Source: Lama guanicoe
Lineage: Eukaryota
NCBI GenBank assembly: GCA_013239625.1
Contig: MU056737.1
Span: 4,853,846 to 4,917,845, forward strand
Length of the DNA stretch: 64,000 bases
Direction of reading: 5' to 3'
Position numbers and translations under genes: made by a program. This document shows, piece by piece, positions 52,311 to 64,000 of this stretch. The stretch's first letter is position 1, and each line of letters starts with the position of its first letter. Under the pieces are notes generated by a model. The model searched no databases, had not been told where the DNA came from, and saw only the letters and a program-made list of their open reading frames with translations.

Positions 52311-52979
52311 TGCCTTAAGGGGAAGAGGCCTTAGTGACAGGGTCCTACAGCTGGTCTGCGTCGAGGGTGAGTGAGGTCGGGGTGTCCTGGCCCACGGTCA
52401 GGGCATGGCCTGTGCCCGAGGGGCCCCACCGCCCTGTGCAGGTCATGGAGGAGTCGGGGCGCCCGGCCAACAAGGCGGGTCAGACAGGACCCGCGCCCGG
52501 CGCTGGGGGAGGCCTTGAGCTCCTCTCACACCACCTCTGGAAGCAGCGGTTCCTCGGAGCCGAGGTGGACTGAGTGACACTTACACGGAAAGTCCCCAAG
52601 GAAGAGCCCGTTGGGGACAGAGCCAGAGGGGCAACCTGGGCGGCCGGGCAGGGCACAGGCGAGCTGGTGGCTGGTGACGAGGCGGCATTTTCAGAGAAGG
52701 CTCTGGAAGGGGGGTGAGTGGGATGGGATGGCCCCTCCCCACGTGCATCTCCAGGCGGCCCCGGGAGAAGCGGCCTGGACTGTGCCGGGCTGACCCCCAG
52801 CAGCACCCCTGCCCGGGCGGCTTCACCCTCTGCCCCTCCAGAAACTGCAACCATTCTCCATTCTGGGACCTGCCAGGGCCCCTCACCTCCTCCACGCTGG
52901 TCCTGCCACGCGCCAGGCAGTGCGCTCAGCCCTGTGCCCTGCACACCCTCCGAAACCCTCCAAGTTCAGAGAGAATCCC

Positions 52980-53400
52980 TGAGCGGCCACCGGCAGTGCT
53001 AGTCGGGAGGCCCGGCCGGGCTGCCCCCTTCCCTCACGGCCCCAGCCCGCAACGGCCGCCTGCCCGCCATGTGGCCGTGCAGAATCCAGCTCCGATGCCC
53101 TGGCTGGCTACTCAGGAAGCAGGCATGTCTAACAGCCACTCCTCGCAGAAGCCGCCGGCACGGAGCGGGCGGAGAGGTCGGAGCGCGCCAGGCACGGGGC
53201 GGGGGGGGCAGGCGGGGGTTAACAGGAGCAGGTGGCAGCAGGCACGCAGGGCGGGGCGGGCACAGGGAGGCCCCACGGAAGCTGGGTCCCGGCGGGGGCG
53301 GGGGCAGCGGCAGGGCCGCAGGGATGGCAGCCCTGCCCGCCCCCTGCAGGGCCCACGAGGGGCGGCCGCTGCAGCCACAGGGCAGGTCTCCCGGGTTCCC
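52980..53400. promoter_or_regulatory. Small CpG/GC-box-rich segment with G-runs
   Basis: ggggcggggggg, gggcggggcggg and ggcgggggcggggg give several Sp1-type GGGCGG sites with G4 potential. Confidence 0.45.
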
Positions 53401-54119
53401 TTCCTTATCCTTAGGGGGTTTCTTTTCATTCTTTTAAGGCATCACTACACTGTGTTAGGCTTTTAATTCTGCTGTTTTGCTTTTTGCTTCTGACACACAA
53501 CTCAGGGCGTCAGGAGAGCTCTCCCAGAAAATGGACCCATAGTTGTGTTTATGACAGCAAATTATGTGCCGATGGGCGACATTTAAATGCTGGATTTTAA
53601 TGGCCTGTCAGAAGAAGTGAAATGTATTTTTTTAATTTAATACGTGAGAGAACAATGTGTCCACTCATGAAACGACGCTGCCTGCAGGAGCCAAGGACGG
53701 TAAATAAAGTGAACGTGTTCTGTCCCTTGATGGATATATTTATGTTGAAGAAGAATATTGTGCAATTAACGCCACTTTCCCTTCCTTCTTCCAGAGGAAG
53801 GCGTCCCAGCAGCAGTGCGAGCTGCCGTCTGTCGCGGGACTGAGAAGCGGCCGTGAGGACGAGGAGCTGAGGCTTGAGGCAGGGGACGTGGGGTGCTGAG
53901 AGTCCCCCACCCCAGGAGCCAGCCCCGCCTGGCCACTGACCGAGGTCAGGACCCCAGCAGGGGCTCCTGGCCAGGCCCACACAGAGCGTCCACTCCTGAG
54001 CCTTTCGTGACCAGGTGGGGCGCCTGCAAGGTCCAGAGGAAAAACGAGGTGGGGGCAGGTGACACCAACTGAAGAAACAGAGGAAGCTCAGCTTAGCAGT
54101 CAGGCACGCTGGACATGAC

Positions 54120-54372
54120 AGTGTGGGCACACGTACGTGAGTGTGCATGAGCGTGTGCATCTGTGTGCACATGGCTGTGTGCCCGTGTGTGTGTTGGCTT
54201 CCATGTGCACACCACTGTGTGCACCCACGTGCTGCAGTACACGCGTGTGCTCACGTGTGGGTGGGTTGTGCGCACGTGTCTGTGCAGGTGTGTGTCTGTG
54301 CTTGTCTGTACGTGTGTGCATGTGTGAGTGTGCGTGTGGTCACCGTGTGCACACGTGCATGTGTGTGCGTGT
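54120..54372. repeat. Degenerate (TG)n tract, about 250 bp
   Basis: gtgtgcatgagcgtgtgcatctgtgtgcac... Confidence 0.9.
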
Positions 54373-57300
54373 TGGTGGGTGAAGGGGGAGAGCCGGGCTC
54401 TGGCTAGCAGCCTGCAATAAGGAGCCCTCACAACAAGGACTATCGCAGCATGAACGCCGGGCAGGGCGGGCCAGGCTCTAAATTACACCAGAGTGACACA
54501 CCCACCCAGTGTAGGCAGACGCTGTCCCTCACGTGGCCGGGCCAGCAGCACATGCCCTCGACGCAGCCCCGAGAGGAGGGCTGAGACTCGCCAGAGGACC
54601 AGGTGACCAAAGGTGTCTCCTGCCTCGGGTACCTGCAGAGCTGACTGAAAACGCAGACTCCCAGAGCCCACGCAGAACCGCCAGGACGGCCCGCGAACCT
54701 GTGTGTTCCGAGGACGACTCCTCCTGGTCTGGGGAAAGCCGCGGCCCAGGAGGGAGAGGCAACCAGTCAAGAGGCCGACGGGCACCGGGACGGCGGTCCC
54801 TGGGGATGAAGCAGGTTGTCCAGGCCGCAGCATCGGTGTCACTGTCTGCGTCACACATGAGCTGACGCTCCCCCAAAGCCTGAAGCCGGCAGGCGGGACC
54901 CCCGGTCCTCGGGAGACGGCACTGGAGCCGGAGCAGCGACGCTCAGCTCGAGGCTCGTGGCAAAGTCGGGAAGACAAGGCAACCGCGGGACGCATCCCCG
55001 GGAGGCAGGCAGAGTGAGGTTGCCAAGAGCACGTGCGCCTCTGCCCCCCAGGAGGCTGCCCTCCGTGCGAGGTCCCGGCCGAGGCCTCAGGATGAGCAGG
55101 GCTGGGAGGAGGTCAGCCGGGGTGGGGCCCGTCAAAGGCAGTTTCACAGTGAAAACCTGGGGTCACTTCGCCCCCTGAACGTGCTTTTCCTCTGTTTCTC
55201 TCTCCCTCCCAGGTCCCCCGAGAGAAGAAACGAGGACTCGGGTGAGGGTGGGGTGGCAGGGGTCCTCCTGGGGTCTGTTCTGCACATCAGCTCACAGGTC
55301 TGCGTCCTGCTCCAAAGCAGGTTCCAACCCTTGCAAAGGGCCCCTCAGACTCCCGAGAGTCTCCTCTCCAGCTGGACAAGGATCTTCCCAAAGCCTCATC
55401 CTTACCCGTGTGAGAACAGCAGACCTGACTCCGGAAACTGCCCCTCACCCCCGAGGATGATGGAAAGTTTGGAGGGGCGTCTACCCCCAGGCTGCTGGGC
55501 AGGGATCTCTGTCGTGCTGGCCGAGGGAGGGCAGGGGCCCAGGAGACCGTCCAGCCATCGGCTGCCTGGGCGGGGAGCGCAGAGCCAACATGAGCCACTG
55601 CAGGAAACAAAATGTCCAGAAAGCACTGGGGCACGTGACTGCAGAGTGGACAGCTGACCCCATGGTGCTTCTTTTCAAACTCGCCCAGAAACGTTGTTTC
55701 ACCCCCACCCCTCCGGTGTTCCTGGGGGAAAGACCCCAGTACACACGCCAAACACTCATACTGTCCATCTTTCTCCCAGCCCCCACCGAAGGGTCCTCCG
55801 GCCTTTGACCAGGGCCCTCCTGCACTGAGAAGAAGGAAGTAACAGGGCTCTTCAGTGACAACTGGACACCGGCTCTCAACTAACACTCACACCGCACGTG
55901 ACCAAACGCCACTGTGGTCCACCCGTCAGACAGGGGCTCACAGGGCAGGCGAGCAAACCCGCCCTGTGGTTATCCCCCAGCTCCGGAATGCGTCATTGGA
56001 GGAAATCACTGGAGCGCAGGCACTCAGGGCTGTGCCCTGACCTGTGGACTGGGGTCCACTGCGGTGGGAAGGACACTCAAACTGCCTCCACCGACAAAAC
56101 CACGAACCCAAACTTCTCACAACAGCGTAAACACAAGCCGTATCACATTGCTGGGGGCGGGGTGCAGAGACTGGCACCCTCCGGGACCCGATCCTTTCCT
56201 AGGCACTCACGGCGCCCCACGCCCTCCGCTCACCCGCGGCAGGGCCGGTGGATTTGGAGGGCGGCTGGAGCAGCAGGTTGTCCACCAGGCGCTGGCCTCG
56301 ACGCTGCCACTGCAGACGTGCGTTCTCCGCTGGGGCAAACGGACACACCCACGGTACCGGCCGCACTGCCACTGACCCGGCGGACGCCTCCCCAAACCTG
56401 CAGGAGTGCCCAGCAGCGGCGGTTTGCTCTCGCCTGGCCCGGCCCGCAACACCCCGCCACGGTGCCAGGTCGGAGGTCTGTCAACTCTCAGCCCTCGTCA
56501 TCACCTCTCTCTCCCCTGGGCACCGCGCAGGGGATGTCAGCGCACGGAGGACGCAGTGCTGAGTGGACCCAGAGCGCAGGAAGCAGACACTCTCCCACGC
56601 CCGCAGCCAAGACACTTGCACGCGGGGCTCAGCGGCAGACGGGGAGCCCCAGGAGGTCCTGGAGGTGACCCAGTGCAGGCTCGGATTTTGGAGCAAACTC
56701 ATGGCTCCTCTGCGGGTGACTCCTCTCCTTCTGAGACACTGCTCTGGGCTCAGTGCCAACTGCGGGCTCGACCGGGTGGTGGGACTAGAACATTAGGAAC
56801 TGGGTCTCGTGCGGTTTTGTGGGTCACACGCACGGTCGCCCCCTCCACCCCTCGTGGACACGCAGCACCAGCCACAACGGCTCCACTTCCCCCGATTCCT
56901 TCAACTTCTGAGACCTGGGACCTGGGGCCAGCTTCTGCAGGACCCTCACCACCAAGGCCACGGCCACAAGACTGGACACAGGCTCTCGTCCACCCTAGGG
57001 CTTGGTTTCCCAGCTCGCACCCACCATCCTGTCCCCTCTGCCTGCACTGCAGACCCCTGGTTCTGGCGCAAAGACACTCACCCGGCTCCCAGGACGGCTG
57101 ACGCCAAACCGCCAGTGTCACGGACGTGGCCTCCCAGAGGTTCTGCTTCTCTGACCGAGCCCAGGACAGCCCAGCCCTGGGAGAAGGGTGCTGAGGCCCC
57201 AAGACTCAGAGTGAATGAATGGACGTGAGCCTTCCCTGCAGAACTGTCTAGGGCCCTAACCCACCAAGGGTCACAGTGCACATCAGGAGGGCAGATCAGG

Positions 57301-58061
57301 CACAGGTCCCCAGACGTACTGGACCGCAGACTGTCTTTCCTTGTGGAGCAACTCAGGGCCCTCAGGGAGCCCTGAGACCCAGAACGAATGGGGGGCCACA
57401 GTTGTGGGCTCCCTCCCTCCAAGCCGTCCGGGCAGGGCCATGCGGGTCCCACCAGGAGGCTGCGGACCTCACCCCGCAGCACGGCTGTGTGTGCACGCTG
57501 GCCTCTCGCCCAGGCCCCGAGGGCACGGGGAGAGAGGACTTCGCCTCAGTGACGGGGACAGGCCACAGTGACGCTGAGCCTGACGACACGGCGCCCTCAG
57601 TCCTGGACAGCACACGTACATTGTGTGTGTGCCTGTACTGTTACGTGGCCATTATGTGTACCACCCCTGTGGAGCAAGCAGGTAACAGGTATCTCCTGTG
57701 ACAAAAACAAAAACCTGCGTAAAGATGGCAGGCTGGACAATCTGGTTTCTGGAGGCTGGTTGGCAGCCTGGCTGGACTGGTACCGACCACGCCCAGGCCC
57801 AGCCCGGCCCCTCTGCCCCCAGGCCTCCGAGCACCTCAGATGCTCACGGGCACGGTGGACCTGCCCTGGCTCCTGTGCCCGGACGGCCTCCGACCCCGGA
57901 GGGGCTAATGTGCCAGGCCTTCTATGACCAGACCGCCGGCCCGCCCACTGCGATGGTGGATGAGTGAGTCTCTCTCCAGCTGCTCTGCTCTAGGAGGCCG
58001 TGGGTGTTTGAGGAGAAGACAAGAGTCCGCTGGGCCACTGGCCACACACGCGGACGCCTAC

Positions 58062-58175
58062 CTGAGAGGGAGAGCTTCCGCAGGGCAGCCGTCAGGTGCT
58101 GCAGGTCCCCGGGCGACGCTTCATGGCCGCGCGTGTCTGTGGCCGGAAACTCCTGACACCGTCCAAACAGCCCGT
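58062..58175 (-). CDS. PTPRN2: PTPRN2 coding exon 3 (RESP18-homology region)
   Basis: Minus strand ctccccaccgcag|ACGGGCTG...CTCTCAG|gtaggc. Translates (D)GLFGRCQEFPATDTRGHEASPGDLQHLTAALRKLSLS(G) versus human [39 protein letters not shown]. 114 nt. This frame is not in the ORF track. Confidence 0.95.
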
Positions 58176-59334
58176 CTGCGGTGGGGAGCAGAGAAGGAAG
58201 AGGGGTGAGAGAGGAGACAGACGGGCAGGCCCTGGCACGTCCCCGCGAGGCCCCGGAGAGGCTTCCGTGAGCTGCCAGAGCGGAAGAACTTGGAGGACGC
58301 GGGGCCTCGGGAAACAGACCCCAGGGCCGTGAGCCCAGGGTGGCTGGGTTTCCCGTTTACTCTCCAGCCCCCGCACCAGCCCAACACACGTGCTCTGCAG
58401 GGGAACCGCCGGCCACGTGGGAGGCGCTGGCGGTGGGACGGAGTGGCGGCTGGCCTCGAGGGGGCCTTCTGAGAACGGAGGAGGCGGGGTGCTCGCAGAA
58501 CAGGAGACGTTAACGGGACCCATTTATCCAGCTCTGTCCCATTTGTCTGAAATGACAGGCTCTGCTCATCGACATCCTTTCAAACCGCACCTTCTAATTA
58601 ATTTAGGGCCTAATTAGTCTTTATTTGGCAAATTGTTCACTTTGAGACAAGCTTCCTGTGGGGGGTTCAAACATTCAAATCGCCGCCTTTGGTACAAAAG
58701 GCTAATTCAGGGCCCAGCGCCTCACACGGGGCGTCTGCGGCCTCGGTCGGTGGAGGGAGCAGCTTCCATTGTTCACAGCAGTTTCACTGCGCTGCTGACG
58801 GAGCTGAAGAAAGCCATTCAAATGCAACCAGTTTAATTAGCAGAAGCACAGTTGCCCAGAGCCAGGCTCATCAGTAATTGCCGGTCAGATATCACACATG
58901 TGCTTAAGACGGCACCACATGACCAGGAGAGAACCATCTTAAGCACCACAAGGATCTCCTGGGTTCCTGTGGGGCTCCACAAGCCCAGAGTGTCCAGGAG
59001 GCCACCTGCCTGCTGCTCGGAGCAGGCGGACATTGGCCACGGGAGGATAAACCTCTGCCCCAACTCGCTGGGCCTACGGCGCTGCTGAAATTAACACAGC
59101 TGCCCCCCGGCCCCAGGGACCCCGGCAGTGGTGTCTCCGAGGGAGGGTCTGGTCCCCACCCAGCAAGACACAGACAGCCCGGGACACTGAGCTTTGATTG
59201 TTTCCTGCGAAGAACTCCGTGCCTGCGGGTGGTGTGTCGAGGGGGGGTGGCGGGGGCGGGGAGGAGGTAAATGATACTCTTTAGAATCAACTGGGACTTT
59301 CGCTCCAGTTTGCAAATGGAAATATCTTGAAAGT

Positions 59335-59410
59335 CGAGACTGGAAGAAGCATTAAGATGGTCCAACTCCACATTTCACAGATGAGAAAGCCAAGGCCGGA
59401 GTGTGAGGAC
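59335..59410 (-). mobile_element. MIR relic
   Basis: gatggtccaactccacatttcacagatgagaaagccaaggcc. Confidence 0.6.
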
Positions 59411-59619
59411 CACAGCCACCGGAGGCAGAGAAGTCGGGTCCTTGTCAGCGACCAGCTAAAGGCCCGGGGCGACCACAGCACCACAGATGCGCCAGCCACC
59501 CGCCTCCCTCAGGAAACTCACCCATCACTCAGGGTGTCACCGAGAAAAGTGGGCAAGACCTCGCCCACCTATTTCAGAGTGTCCCAAGCACATTATTTCC
59601 TTTCTGAGGCAAGGGCCTC

Positions 59620-59992
59620 GTTTGTTTTTTTTTTCAACATTTTTGTATTGAGTTATAGTCATTTTACAACGTTGCGTCCAACTCCAGTGAAGAGCACAAT
59701 TTTTCAGTTATAATGAACATACATATACTCATTGTCACATTTTTTTCTCTGGGAGCCACCACGAGATCTTGTGTATATTTCTCCGTGCTACACAGTATAG
59801 TCTTGTTTGTCTGTTCTGCATATGCCTGTCAGTATCTACAATTCTGAAATCCCGTCTGTCCCTTCCCACCCCCGCCCCCTTGGCAACCACAAGTCTGTGT
59901 TCTAGGTCTGAGTCTGTTTCTGTTTTGTGTTTACGCTTTGTGTGTGTGCGGTTTTTTTTTTAGATTCCACATATGAGCGACCTCGTGTGGTA
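59620..59992 (-). mobile_element. Short 3'-end copy of the same L1 family as 43842-46848
   Basis: Aligns by eye to 43845-44188 (tcattttacaa, gagcacaatttttcagttata, tcattgtcacatt, gtgctacacagtata, ttagattccacatatgagcga). Confidence 0.93.
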
Positions 59993-60329
59993 AAAACCAC
60001 TGTCTGTAATTTGTTCTTATGATCAGTATTTTCCACTTGTGTAGCTTTTTAACTACCCGTTTTTTAAGTTTGGGTTGTGGCGCACGCTGCTATAAATGTG
60101 TCCTAAGGAAAATATTAATTAGATTTTCCTGAAACCTTAATTTTAAACATATGTTTACAATAAATACAACACAATATACAATATTGGTTGTGTCTTTAAA
60201 ATTAGTTTCAGCGAATAATTCAGTTTTTACTGTTTGAAAGCTGAAGGCAAACGGACCATTGACCCTCTCTGCCCCTAGACTACAACCATGCTGGTGAGGA
60301 AGAGACAGACATGGGCCCTGGTGCATGTT

Positions 60330-60739
60330 CCTGATTAATAAACTTCACTTTTTAGAGCGGTTCCAGGTCCACAGCAAAATTAAGAGGAAGATACAGAGAT
60401 TGCCCAAATGCCCCCTCCCCAGACAGGCACAGCCTCCTCCACCACCAACACCCCCAGAGGGTGCCTCTGTTACACCTGGTGAGCCTGCACCGACACGCTG
60501 CCACCCCCCAGGGCCCACGGTTTACGTGAGGGCTCGCTCCCGGGGCCCTGTGCTCCGGGGGCTCTGGTGTGTAAGGACCCGTGCGCACGACGGCAGTCAC
60601 ACGGAGCAGCTTCATTGCCCTAAACCCCCGCGCTCCACCTGCTCACCCCCCACCACCGGCAGCCGCTGCCTGTTCTACTGTCTCCATGGTTTTGCCTTTT
60701 CCAGAATGTCATCTGGTCGGAATCACACGGTGTGCAGCC
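60330..60739 (-). mobile_element. L1MC-like 3' end
   Basis: tttttagagcggttccaggtccacagcaaaatt.agaggaagatacagag...ctgtctccatggttttgccttttccagaatgtcat...ggaatcacac. Confidence 0.85.
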
Positions 60740-61300
60740 ACTTTGGAAAGAACGGAGGTTCCTGACTCAAAAACTTGAAGGTGGACGCAGCAGCCCCACT
60801 TCTGGCTTTGCACTGCAAAGCACTGAAAGCAGAGACTCAAACGACACTGGCACACCCATGCTCAAAGCCGCACCTTCACAGCAGCTGAGCAGACGGTGGA
60901 ACGCTACTCAGCCCTAAAGAGGGAGGGAATCCTGGTGCCCGCTGCAACACGGATGGACCCTGAGGACACTGTGCTGAGTGAAATAAGCCAGACACAAAAA
61001 GACAAACACTGTGTGAGTCCACCTGTATGAGGTCCCTGGAGTCACTGATTCGTAAAGACAGAGGAGGGTGGGGGCCGGGGTGGGGGGGTGGGGCTCGTGT
61101 CTGATGGGGAAAGTCCCGGTCTGAGAAGAGGAGAAGGTTCTGGACTTGGCGGTGGTGTTGGCTGCACCACGCTGTGATTCAGGTGATGCCACAGAACTGT
61201 GCACTTAAAAATGGTTAACATGGTCAAATTTAAGCTATGTAGGTTTTGCCACAATTTAAAACTGAGGAGAAAGCAACTCAAAAGAAAAAGAAAAGAAAAC
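60732..61300 (+). mobile_element. L1MB-like 3' end
   Basis: gtgcagccactttggaaa...tgaaagcagagactcaaac...ggatggaccctgaggacactgtgctgagtgaaataagccagacacaaaaagacaaa...gcacttaaaaatggttaa...ccacaattt, then an A-rich tail. Confidence 0.9.
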
Positions 61301-64000
61301 AGCAAAGCAGCGCAATCTTGGAGAGCGATGTATGTGCTCGACATGCTGGGAGGCGTGCGGCGGGAGGAGCCGCACGGGCCCCTGGGGTCGGGCACTCCGC
61401 CGCCCGTGTCAGGACGGCGTCTCTGCCTTGGGGACGGTTCTCACTGGGGCATCCCTGCACGTCCAGCTGTCAGCGTGTGTGCACATTTAGTCCAGTCAGA
61501 CCCCAGCACACACTCGGCGTCTGCTTTGTCCACACGCTGCCGCCCAGCAGTTGGCGTTCAGGGACATACTGCCCCTCACCTGACGTGAGACCCCTGTGGG
61601 CACCAAGATGTCACCAGGGCCAGCGCCGCAGGGCAAAGGCCCAGGCACAGGCCTGGCTCCCCGGAGAGAGTCGTGCTGACCAGGAGGGCTTTCTGGAGGA
61701 GGCAGGCCTGCAGCGGCCCAGCTGAGAGGTGCCCTGCTCGGCCTGGGCAGTGAGTCTTCTGCTCGCAAGGGAGCGACTGCTCCCCACCCCTGCATGGACG
61801 GAGCCGCGGCGCTCAGCCTGGGGGACTGGCTTCCCGCCGGCACAAGACTCAAGGTAGCTGACGTCGCTGGAGAGCACGGGACGGCCGATTCATCAGCAGG
61901 ACTCATGGTTCAGCAGGGCAGAGCCGGCTCCAGCTGCAGGGACAGTGCGACCGGCTGGCGTTTCCGCCTCTGCAAGGGGTGTCCCCACCATCAGGACAGA
62001 CACACCTTTGCTGTTCAATTACACTTGTAACCCACTGCTCCTGGGCTTTGAACCCCAAGTGCACTACCTGGAACCGCTGCAAGAAAGCCTTCAGGGTGTC
62101 GGCCGAAATGCCACACAGGAACTTGGAAGTGAGTGCAGACACACCAGAAGCAGGCTCTCCCACCTCTAGGGTGACTCAGAGGCTTCGAACCCCCAGGAGA
62201 AAGAATGAGGCCGCCGTCTGGAGGCGACGTCGCCTCGTTCACCTTCGAGCGGAGCAGGGGCGGGGACGCGGGGCTGGACCCGCGGTGTGTCCAGGGAGGT
62301 CGGATGGGGGAGCCAAGACCCGCCAGGTGAGAGGCCACCAGTCGGGGGTCATGCTGCGTGAGGTGGGCCCGGGTGCTAACGATGCCAACCCCCAGACAGC
62401 GCTCAGACCTCAGGCCTTGGCGGGCTCGGGACAAGGTTCCCACACAGGCCACAGGGACAAGCTCGGGACCCTCCACCAGCAAGACTCTGAGTGAAGGGGA
62501 GGGCCACCCTGAGCCTCCAAAAACGTCCTCCCTCAGGGCCCCAGGAATGCACCGCAGCAAGGCGGGGCCCGGGGAGGGGAAGGCTCCAGCCAGCCAGACG
62601 AGACTTCTCCCAGCTTCGCTTGGCTGCTGGCTGCCCGGCCCCCACCTCCTCCAGCCAGGCCCTCAGGATGAGAGAGCCTGTCCACTGACGGCCAGAACGA
62701 GTCCCAGCTGTGAACTGGGCAACTTCGTTCCCAGGAAAATCAGATCCCATCGCAACCAGCTTCCATGACCCACGTGGATCCCATTAAATGAAACCAAAAC
62801 CAATTTTGGGGGATCCCGGGGGCATCACACTTGCACAGGGGAGATGGCCTCAGGAACATGCTGGCCAGGAGGGAGAGGGCAAGCCAGCCCCCGGTGGGAA
62901 CCGCAGGCCGCCCCGCCCCCCACGTGCCGCTGCCCCACACAGCCCCACTCCCGCCCAGGAAGGCCATCCCAGGGACCTGCTTGCTGTCATCAGCTATGGT
63001 TTAGACAGTGAAAGGAGCTGTCACCACGCAGCGGCAGGACACTGGGCTGGGGGGGCGCTGGCCCCCAGCAAACGTCCTGACCCCTCTCTGCTGGCCGCAC
63101 AGTTGGCCTGGGTGCGGGGTCGCCGGGCCGCTGCCCTCTGACTGGCGCTGAGCACCACAGCAGGATCAGGTCTGCACGGCCCCACCACCCTTCACGGCCG
63201 CGTCCAAGCCTCTTACTGACTTCTGACCCCTGAAGACGGGGCCCCGAGCTCTCCGGGCAGGGCAGCTGGGGGGCTGGCCCTAGGAATCCTGAGTGCAGCG
63301 CTGATGGGCAAAAACGTCACCCCCGAGCCTTGGATGTTCGGCACCTCCCACAGAGAAAACTCGACCGGCGTCACCGAGGACGGTGCTCCACCCCGATCCT
63401 GGACAGTCGGTGAGAGCGATGACAGATCCCAGGTGGAGACGGCAACCTTTCTGAACCGCCTTCTCCATCCAGGCGGAGCGGCTCTGCCCAGCCATCTGCT
63501 CTGCTCCCCAGCCGGACGGACCCTGGCCATAGGCCGACAGGCTGCACCCCGTGGTCCCAGAATAATCAGGGTTTTTACCAGAGCTGAGGAGAACAGCAGC
63601 CATGGTTTACTCAGACTCCTTCGTCTCACAGACGGGAAGGCTGAGGTCCTGAGCCAAGCCACCTGCCGGGGTACCCGTCCTCACCCCTGCCCCGCCCCCA
63701 CTCCCCACTGAGATGCTGCTGCAAGCCGGTCCTCGCCCCCGGCCCCACTCTGACACCTCATCACCACGGTCCTCCTTCAACTGGCAACAGCAGGATGAAA
63801 CTCAAGGCCGCAATCGAAAGATAGCATCACTCTGGGCTGAGTCCTGAAAAGGTCCTGGCAGACATTTCCACTTTGCTGGATACAATACTCACGCTCACGC
63901 TCACGCCACACCTGAAACTGCGTGCGCCACCCACCAGAAACCAGCTGCTGTTCCCTGAATCCTGCCATCCAGCAGCGAGAAACCAGCAGGAACCCAAACG

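Larger units (their letters stand above)
1..64000 (-). other. PTPRN2: PTPRN2 transcription unit (partial: part of intron 2, exons 3-6, part of intron 6)
   Basis: Four minus-strand exons in the correct order splice in frame: 114 nt (phase 1-1), 103 (1-2), 160 (2-0), 361 (0-1). Introns: 12747-58061 (45315 bp), 11553-12643 (1091 bp), 3297-11392 (8096 bp). Gene identity is from recalled human PTPRN2 protein sequence. Confidence 0.96.

Noticed and set aside
61903-62169. Protein-like ORFs (…DTLKAFLQRFQVVHLGFKAQEQW…) as a possible retrocopy or exon
   Set aside because: No family recognised, no poly-A or TSD, and no convincing splice pair. A tBLASTn/BLASTx hit would be needed.
1-64000. tRNA, rRNA, snoRNA or the PTPRN2-hosted miR-153-2
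   Set aside because: No such sequence was recognised. miR-153-2 lies in a far 3' intron outside this window.

Overview
This is GC- and CpG-rich mammalian genomic DNA, not prokaryotic. It lies inside the PTPRN2 (phogrin/IA-2beta) gene on the minus strand. Four coding exons are recognisable by protein similarity, GT-AG boundaries and matching phases: exon 3 (58062-58175), exon 4 (12644-12746), exon 5 (11393-11552) and exon 6 (2936-3296); numbering follows the human gene as recalled. Together they give 738 nt of open frame covering most of the RESP18-homology region and part of the luminal pro-region. The rest is intron: old L1/L2/MIR/MLT relics, a young 5'-truncated L1 with a TSD (43842-46848, holding all four N-gaps), a short 3' copy of the same L1 family (about 59620-59992), a solo LTR with a CCAAT/octamer/TATA array (about 22320-23021), simple repeats, and AT-rich homeodomain-motif islands that look like enhancers. 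The young L1 3' UTR resembles camelid L1 as I recall it, so a camel or alpaca source is inferred but not verified. Almost all ORFs in the supplied track are chance ORFs in GC-rich DNA. I found no convincing previously undescribed biological system. The best leads are the antisense LTR promoter, an AT-to-GC shift in the repeats that may extend into a conserved PTPRN2 motif, and the candidate enhancers.
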